Below are positions 7,404 to 12,697 of a stretch of 12,697 nt of DNA, one piece after another. A program made the translations under genes and the position numbers. Each line of letters starts with the position of its first letter. Position 1 is the stretch's first letter. The notes under the pieces are model-generated. The model saw only the letters and a program-made list of their open reading frames with translations, searched no databases and was not told the DNA's origin. The stretch is from Candidatus Methanomethylicia archaeon (GTDB lineage: Archaea; Thermoproteota; Methanomethylicia; Nezhaarchaeales; B40-G2). Location: assembly GCA_029259155.1 (NCBI GenBank), contig JAPDJI010000036.1:1-12697 (forward strand). The letters run 5' to 3'.

Positions 7404-8496
7404 CGCCCCTCAACCTCTCATACTCCTCGTATATGGCGTTGAGAAGTCTCTCATGGGTTAGGCCCTTAATCGTTGTAGCAGCTATACTCGTCCCACCTGC
7501 TCCAACTCCCTCCTTCACATATCCCCTCTCATAGTATCTCAGCCCCTCATAGGGAGACTTAGAGAAGTTGATGTCATAGGCAACAACGGGTGCATCTGGC
7601 TGAATCATCTCTACAAGCCCTATTAGATCGGATGAATCATCCTCGATCAGCCATCTAGTTGTCCCTATCATAACCCTCCCCTTCAGGGATATGCCGATGT
7701 GCTTGACGATGGCGAGGACGGCGGCCATCTGGGTTCCACCGCCGAGAATGATAGATGCATCCCCCTCCAAGGCTCCAGCTAGGAAGCCGGCCATGGATAC
7801 ATGCACCGGATCACCCAGCCTAGCCACTGCCTCAAAGGGGTCGACGCTCGGCTCACCCATCCTCTCCAATCCCTCCCCGACGATCTTCTCCTTGAGGACG
7901 TGTGGATTGCTGGGAGAAGCACTGCTAACCATCCCCCAGGCATCGTATCCAAGCCCCACTAGAATCCCCAGCGCCGTGGTAGTTCCACCTGGAATACTCT
8001 CCCCAAGTATCATCAGCTCGGTTAGGTGGGTGAACACCCTCGCTAAGGCCCTACTCTCCTCGAATAGGCTTCTCGCTACGTCGTAGGGGAGGGCCTCACC
8101 GAGGTCTATCCTCCCCCCAACCATCCTACTTGGAAGCGTCACATGTGGTATCCTCGGCTTCACATAGGACCCCGTGTCGACGACGATGAAGGGGATATTG
8201 GAGGATTTGATGGCGGCTCTGGTGATCAGGGCTGGCGTCGGTATCCCCTCTGGGGTGACAGGTATCTGATTGATGGTTAAGGGTCTCCCATAAAATAGGT
8301 ATTCCACATCGACGGCTGGGGTGTAAAGCGTCAGCTCCGGTGTGGCTCCAGCTACGCTCACCCCTGGTATGGTTGAGGTCTCCGTCGATCCGATGAAGTA
8401 TACGCCGAGAATCCGTCTATCCATAGCCGATGAGAGGATTCTCCTCGCCTCATCTCCACGATATGCGTAGATGAGGTGGCTCCTTGGCTTTGCCAT
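7369..8496 (-). CDS. cobT: Archaeal nicotinate-nucleotide:base phosphoribosyltransferase CobT (MJ1598/TIGR00303-like)
   Basis: GSTETSTIPGVSVAGA, TP.G.PTPALIT, GESIPGGTTTA, SSAS..NP..LK, GDP, GGGTQM and YERGYVKEGVGAGG motifs. ATG 8496 is preferred over TTG 8535 because the latter would overlap the TATA box. Confidence 0.88.
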   Translation of the reverse strand: MAKPRSHLIYAYRGDEARRILSSAMDRRILGVYFIGSTETSTIPGVSVAGATPELTLYTPAVDVEYLFYGRPLTINQIPVTPEGIPTPALITRAAIKSSNIPFIVVDTGSYVKPRIPHVTLPSRMVGGRIDLGEALPYDVARSLFEESRALARVFTHLTELMILGESIPGGTTTALGILVGLGYDAWGMVSSASPSNPHVLKEKIVGEGLERMGEPSVDPFEAVARLGDPVHVSMAGFLAGALEGDASIILGGGTQMAAVLAIVKHIGISLKGRVMIGTTRWLIEDDSSDLIGLVEMIQPDAPVVAYDINFSKSPYEGLRYYERGYVKEGVGAGGTSIAATTIKGLTHERLLNAIYEEYERLRGDGIEVDEEDRG

Positions 8497-8520
8497 CTTG
8501 GATGGATTATCCATCCAAGA
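8496..8520. promoter_or_regulatory. Perfect inverted repeat (11-3-11), candidate transcription-factor operator
   Basis: TCTTGGATGGA-TTA-TCCATCCAAGA lies between the cobT start codon and the TATA box in the divergent intergenic region. Confidence 0.65.
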
Positions 8521-8530
8521 ATTTAAATAT
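8521..8530. promoter_or_regulatory. TATA box, probably shared by the divergent cobT and btuF transcripts
   Basis: ATTTAAATAT reads TTTAAATA on + and TATTTAAAT on -. It lies about 25-30 nt from both ATG 8496 (-) and ATG 8558 (+), the spacing expected for leaderless archaeal mRNAs. Confidence 0.65.
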
Positions 8531-8557
8531 TCCAAAATCCCTTAACCTCTGAGGCTT

Positions 8558-9955
8558 ATGAGGCGTATAATCCTTCCAATCTTGCTGTTGGTCCTCGGCC
8601 TCATCCCGTTGGGTTCAGCATTTGCACAGGGGGAGGGAGTAACGGTCATAGACGACTTTGGGAGGGAGGTTCTGATACCCCATGAGCCAAATAGGATCGT
8701 CTCAATAGCCCCAAGCATAACTGAGACCCTATTCGCTCTAGGCCTTGGGGATAAGGTGGTTGGTGTTACTAGATACTGCAACTATCCATCCGAGGTTCTG
8801 GAGGGGGTTGGTAAGGGGGAGATTACCGTGATAGGAGGATTCATCGATCCAAGTCTGGAGAAGATAATCGAGTTGAACCCCGACCTCGTGATAGGCCATA
8901 ACCTTCTAAATCCAGAGTTCGTTGCGAAGATCGAGGACGCTGGAATACCTATCATCATCGTCAAGACCTCTGAGACGATTGAAGGAATCTACGACGACAT
9001 CAGATTGATTGGGAAAGCGTGCTGGGCTGAGGAGGAGGCGTCAAAATTAGTTGAGGAGCTTAAGTATAAGATATCATATTGGGAGAAACAAGTTGAAGGC
9101 GTTGAGAGGGTTGATGTAGCAGAGATAGCGTGGGTGAACCCCCTCTGGGTGGCTGGGAATGGAACATACATCAACGATGTCATCGAGCATGCTGGAGGGA
9201 GAAATGTATTCGCAGATAGAAGTGGATGGGCTTCAATAAGTGATGAGGAGCTCGTTGAGAAGGATCCAGAATACCTCATAGTTCCATATAGACATGGAGA
9301 GGAGCTCATCTATGATGGAGTTATAGAGATGAAGGGGAGGGGTTTGATACATGGAGAGATCATCCCAATAGATCCAGATATAATAAGCAGGCCTGGGCCG
9401 AGGGTTGCTATACTCTTCGAGGAGGTTGTCAAAGCCCTACATCCAGATGTTTGGAGCAGGGTCTACACAGTTGAGAATCTAATAGCTCCAAGGAGAGCGA
9501 TCGTCGGAGACCTCGTAACAGTATATGTTCAGGTGAAGAACGATGGAATGGTCTCTGGGGAGAAGCTCGTGGAACTAAACATCGATGGAAAAACACTCTC
9601 AAAAACCATCAGCCTTGAACCAGGGGAGGAAAAACTACTCAACTTCACATTCGTCATCGAGGAGAAGGGAACATGTAAGGTTAGTGCTAAATCCCTATCG
9701 AGGTCTATAGAGGTATCACCGACAAGTGAGGAGATCATGAATGAGCTGAGGAGATCACTTGAGGAATACATGAAAAGCTATATAAATGAGAACATCTCAC
9801 CAACACTAACAGAATTGGAAAATGAAATATCTGAAATTGATAGACGAATGAGTTCACTTAACAACTTGACAACGGCCTCAATAACCCTCTCAGCCATAGC
9901 GATCATCATTTCCCTCGCCTCCCTAGCCTATGCGCTTAGGGTTAGGAAAACATAA
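8558..9955 (+). CDS. btuF: Corrinoid ABC transporter substrate-binding protein (BtuF-like) with extra Ig-like (CARDB-like) domain, coiled coil and C-terminal TM anchor
   Basis: Signal peptide ending AFA; P.RIVSIAPSITETLFALG.GDKVVGVT.YCNYP, SLEKII.LNPDLV and SRPGPR motifs of type III substrate-binding proteins. The C-terminal ~160 aa extension ends in a hydrophobic helix plus RVRKT. B12 specificity is inferred from context. Confidence 0.85.
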   Translation: MRRIILPILLLVLGLIPLGSAFAQGEGVTVIDDFGREVLIPHEPNRIVSIAPSITETLFALGLGDKVVGVTRYCNYPSEVLEGVGKGEITVIGGFIDPSLEKIIELNPDLVIGHNLLNPEFVAKIEDAGIPIIIVKTSETIEGIYDDIRLIGKACWAEEEASKLVEELKYKISYWEKQVEGVERVDVAEIAWVNPLWVAGNGTYINDVIEHAGGRNVFADRSGWASISDEELVEKDPEYLIVPYRHGEELIYDGVIEMKGRGLIHGEIIPIDPDIISRPGPRVAILFEEVVKALHPDVWSRVYTVENLIAPRRAIVGDLVTVYVQVKNDGMVSGEKLVELNIDGKTLSKTISLEPGEEKLLNFTFVIEEKGTCKVSAKSLSRSIEVSPTSEEIMNELRRSLEEYMKSYINENISPTLTELENEISEIDRRMSSLNNLTTASITLSAIAIIISLASLAYALRVRKT

Positions 9956-9970
9956 TAAGTTAGGTGGGCG

Positions 9971-11032
9971 ATGATTGAGGGGATTCAGGAAACATATGAA
10001 ACGGAACGTGGGGAGACTGGACTACTAGAGAAGAGACTACTTAAATGGAAGGCTACGCTAACATATCTAACCATCGGCTTAATTTTTACGATCATAGCAG
10101 CCACCGCGATAGGGCCGGTCTATATCCCTCCAGGTGAGATCATCTCAATAATTTCATATAGGATTGGATTCCGCATCGGAGGATTCAGCGAGACTCATAT
10201 GAGAATAATACTCCAGCTACGACTTCCAAGGATACTTCTCGGAGTCTTCGTCGGCATGGCACTATCCGTAGCTGGGGTTATGATGCAGGGATTATTTAGA
10301 AATCCATTGGCTGGGCCATATGTCCTCGGAGTCTCCTCTGGAGCTTCGCTTGGGGCGGCCCTATCCATAACCCTGCTACCCTCAATAATGGGGATATATA
10401 CAACTCCCATAGCTGCCTTCATCGGGGGTTTAACAGCGATATTCCTCGTCTACAACATCATAAAACTCTGCGGCAGATTCACTATTGAGGCCCTCCTACT
10501 CGCTGGGATAGCTGTGACATATCTATTCTCAGCTATACTCTCCATATTGATCTGGACCTTAAACAGGGATGCCCACAACATACTTCTATGGATTATGGGG
10601 GGATTATGGGGCGCCGATTGGCTTAAGGTTGAGATAATCGCCCCAATAATAATCACATTGATTCTCATATCCTATATATTCTCAAAAGACTTAAATGCAC
10701 TACTCCTTGGAGAGGAGACTGCTCAATCGATCGGTGTGGATGTTAAGTTTGTGGAGAGATCTCTACCTATCCTTGCATCCCTTATAACGAGTGCGGCAGT
10801 CTCCTTCTCTGGGGCGATAGGATTCATAGGGTTGATGATACCCCACATAATGAGGATGCTTGTAGGGCCGGATCATAGGATACTGATACCATCATCAGCC
10901 CTAGCCGGTGGGATATTCCTCGTTTGGGCCGATACCGCAGCGAGATGTCTAATGGAGCTCCCAGTTGGAGTCGTAACGGCGTTGACTGGAACACCATTCT
11001 TCATCTACCTATTGAGGAGGAGGCGTCCATGA
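9971..11032 (+). CDS. btuC: FecCD/BtuC-family ABC permease
   Basis: LRLPRILLG..VG.ALSVAG..MQGLFRNPLA.PY.LGVSSGA, LLLGEETAQSIG, G.IGFIGL.IPH and ELPVGVVTAL.G.PFF motifs. Confidence 0.92.
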   Translation: MIEGIQETYETERGETGLLEKRLLKWKATLTYLTIGLIFTIIAATAIGPVYIPPGEIISIISYRIGFRIGGFSETHMRIILQLRLPRILLGVFVGMALSVAGVMMQGLFRNPLAGPYVLGVSSGASLGAALSITLLPSIMGIYTTPIAAFIGGLTAIFLVYNIIKLCGRFTIEALLLAGIAVTYLFSAILSILIWTLNRDAHNILLWIMGGLWGADWLKVEIIAPIIITLILISYIFSKDLNALLLGEETAQSIGVDVKFVERSLPILASLITSAAVSFSGAIGFIGLMIPHIMRMLVGPDHRILIPSSALAGGIFLVWADTAARCLMELPVGVVTALTGTPFFIYLLRRRRP

Positions 11033-11868
11033 AGCTGGAAGTTGACAACATCCAATTCTACTATGAGGCCCGTAAGGTGCTCGATGAGATAAGCTTCAAG
11101 GCCGATGAGGGGGAGTTCATAGGATTAATCGGCCCAAATGGATCGGGGAAGACAACACTCCTAAGGATAATAGACGGCATTCTAAAACCCATCGTCGGCT
11201 CAGTTTATATAGATTGTAGGCGAATCTCAGAGCTCGATCCACGGGAGATCGCGAGGGAGATCGCAGTCGTCCCACAGATAGCCGATCTAAGCTTTGATCT
11301 AAAGGTTTTCGACATAGTTATGATGGGGAGATATCCATATCTTGATAGAATCTCCCTAGAGGGAGAGGTCGATGAGGAGAAGGTTAGATTTTGGATGAAG
11401 GTCACCAACACCCTACACCTCGCCGAGAGATCTATTAAGGAGATAAGCGGAGGTGAGAGACAGAGAGTATTTATCACAAGAGCCCTAGCGCAGGAGCCTA
11501 GAATTCTACTCTTAGATGAGCCGACATCAAACCTCGATATATGCTACAAAATAGAGATAATGAACCTCTTAAGAGCACTTGTTGATGAACTTAAGTTGAC
11601 GATCATCTGTGCAATCCACGACCTAAACCTTGCTGCGAGATATAGCGACAGGATCATCCTGATAAAGGATGGAAGGATAAAGAGTGTTGGAAAACCCATG
11701 GATGTCCTGACAAGGGATAATTTGAGGGAAGTTTTCAAGATCGATGCTAAGATAGAATATGATATGAACTCCAAAAGCCTCATAATAATCCCCCTCAAAA
11801 CAATCAATCAAGAATTAAATAATGGGCTGATCTTCTCCACATTGAAGAAGAATGTCCTAACTCAATGA
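11029..11868 (+). CDS. btuD: ABC transporter ATPase (BtuD/FecE family)
   Basis: Walker A GPNGSGKT, signature ISGGERQR, Walker B LLLDEPT and H-loop IHDLN. Start reassigned to ATG 11029 (ATGA overlap with the permease stop, GAGGAGG upstream). Confidence 0.92.
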   Translation: MKLEVDNIQFYYEARKVLDEISFKADEGEFIGLIGPNGSGKTTLLRIIDGILKPIVGSVYIDCRRISELDPREIAREIAVVPQIADLSFDLKVFDIVMMGRYPYLDRISLEGEVDEEKVRFWMKVTNTLHLAERSIKEISGGERQRVFITRALAQEPRILLLDEPTSNLDICYKIEIMNLLRALVDELKLTIICAIHDLNLAARYSDRIILIKDGRIKSVGKPMDVLTRDNLREVFKIDAKIEYDMNSKSLIIIPLKTINQELNNGLIFSTLKKNVLTQ

Positions 11869-11917
11869 AATCATTAGTTCGAGATGCCTCAGGAAGATGG
11901 TAATAAGGATCAACTTA

Positions 11918-12232
11918 AACGGTCGGTGTGCCGGCCGTAACCCACCTTCTGTTCTGGCGGCATTCCGCTGAACGGGCCACCCGGCGTCTCGGGCAGGACT
12001 CATCGACGCCTATTTGCCCTTCCACCCCGCGGGTCGGCCGTCTCACCCCATCCATCCACGTCCTCGACGCCTCATCGGCGTCTCATGGCCATCCTGTGGA
12101 TGGAGGTCTCGTCTCTGTTCCGGAGCCAGGGCTCTCACCCTGCGCCTCGCGGCGCCGCGGCCCTGCCTGGTGGGTGGAGTTTCCCCAAGCCCTCTCGGGG
12201 CTCGGAGGCCGCCCACCGGCTCACCGACCATT
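11918..12232 (-). ncRNA. rnpB: RNase P RNA, archaeal type A
   Basis: On the - strand: P1 AAUGGUCGGUG.GCCGG / CCGGC.CACCGACCGUU; CR-I GGGGAAACUCCACC pairs with CR-V AACAGAAGGUGGGUUA (P4 with bulged U); ACAGAGA and UGAGACGG conserved regions; P6 GGCAGG/CCUGCC; P15-P16 with GGU in L15. GC-rich, about 315 nt. Confidence 0.96.
11921..11937 (-). repeat. att-like direct repeat, right copy (within the rnpB 3' end)
   Basis: GGTCGGTGTGCCGGCCG matches 243-259 at 16/17 positions. Confidence 0.8.
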
Positions 12233-12250
12233 AGAATTGGGGGCTGAGAT

Positions 12251-12270
12251 GTTTATAAACCTTGATTTTT
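12251..12270 (-). promoter_or_regulatory. BRE/TATA promoter of rnpB
   Basis: The - strand reads AAAAATCAAGG-TTTATAAA, with TTTATAAA at 12259-12252, about 20-27 nt upstream of the predicted RNA 5' end. Confidence 0.75.
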
Positions 12271-12591
12271 GTCCATCGTTTTTTGAAGGATATTTTTGAT
12301 GATGTCTTGTTCCATGTTTTCTGTTCATAAAGTTTTTTTAAATATCTATGGACAGAATACAACAAATAAATGTTTCTATACATTATGTTAATATACACAC
12401 TTATTTTTTTCTAAAAGTGTGGGTTTATAGTTAACATCATATTAAAATAATAGCAATATAGAATAACTAAAATATTTTTAAATAAGAAACACAAGAAAGA
12501 AAAAGAGTTAAAAGGTCATAGATATTATTTCATTTTAGCACCCTGAAAAATAATATTCGTGGTTTTAACAAGAGTTAAGGAGCGTTTTTAT

Positions 12592-12697
12592 ATGGATTTC
12601 CTTAGACTAACGTGGCAAGATATCGAAAATATGTGTGACAGAATTACCGAAGAAATCAAAAAACGAGGATACAAAATAGATGTGATAGTTGCCGTAT
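12592..12697 (+). CDS. N-terminus of a type I (purine, Hpt/Gpt-like) phosphoribosyltransferase, 3'-truncated by window
   Basis: MDFLRLTWQDIENMCDRITEEIKKRGYKIDVIVAV..., matching the 'W.DI......A..I......D.IVA(I/V)xRGG' start of COG2236-like PRTases. AAGGAG SD at 12577-12582. Only 35 codons are visible. Confidence 0.7.
   Translation, partial: MDFLRLTWQDIENMCDRITEEIKKRGYKIDVIVAV

Larger units (their letters stand above)
243..11937. mobile_element. Putative integrated genomic island (B12 salvage cargo) inserted at the 3' end of rnpB; no integrase seen
   Basis: Bounded by a 17-bp direct repeat, one copy of which is the 3' P1 strand of rnpB. The geometry matches tRNA-targeting islands, with the intact gene at one end and the 3' fragment at the distal downstream end. 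The cargo is functionally coherent. Confidence 0.55.

Noticed and set aside
8496-8520. Palindrome as a Xer/dif site or transposon end; TGGATGGA matches in cbiB and rnpB P12
   Set aside because: The spacer is 3 bp rather than the 6 bp of dif sites, and no transposase is present. The other 8-9 nt matches are inside coding or structural sequence and lack the second arm in the same geometry.
10924-11028. N-terminal extension of the ABC ATPase in the ORF track
   Set aside because: It overlaps the permease by over 100 nt. ATG 11029, with an SD and ATGA coupling, gives a normal N-terminus.
525-11811. Numerous antisense and alternate-frame ORFs (e.g. 525-842, 1090-1464, 2126-2569, 5726-6148, 7691-8086, 8989-9309)
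   Set aside because: They are shadows of well-supported genes, typically Ser/Pro/Leu-rich with no family motifs.
11918-12232. GC-rich structured element as a cobalamin riboswitch or SRP RNA
   Set aside because: It has the P4 pseudoknot and conserved regions of RNase P RNA and its own TATA box. It also lies downstream of, and convergent with, the btu genes.
11928-12299. ORFs 11928-12299 (+), 12014-12247 (+) and 12043-12231 (-)
   Set aside because: These are spurious frames over the GC-rich RNase P RNA gene, with Pro/Arg/Gly-rich translations and no motifs.
1-12697. CRISPR array, tRNA or IS element
   Set aside because: No regularly spaced repeats, cloverleaf or transposase ORF was seen.

Overview
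Archaeal DNA (TATA-box promoters, AGG/ATA-rich codons, archaeal-type CobY/CbiS/CobT and RNase P RNA; a TACK lineage such as Bathyarchaeia is a guess). Most of the window is a corrinoid (B12) uptake and salvage cluster. A leftward operon cobT-cbiS(cbiZ+cobZ)-cobY-cobD-cobS-cbiB is followed by a radical SAM gene, and a divergent btuFCD-like ABC importer runs rightward. Two stand-alone ATP-pyrophosphatase amide-ligase genes sit at the left end: an AsnB synthetase domain with a Zn ribbon, and a DUF71/Dph6-like protein. At the right end is a type A RNase P RNA gene (- strand, absent from the ORF track), then an abrupt AT-rich stretch and the start of a purine phosphoribosyltransferase-like gene. 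The main observation is that the 3' end of rnpB (11921-11937) is duplicated as a 16/17 direct repeat at 243-259. The repeat brackets the whole ~11.7 kb B12 cluster like attL/attR of an island integrated into the RNase P RNA gene, and no integrase is visible inside. A perfect 11-3-11 palindrome next to a shared TATA box in the cobT/btuF divergent promoter is a candidate operator for an unidentified B12 regulator.
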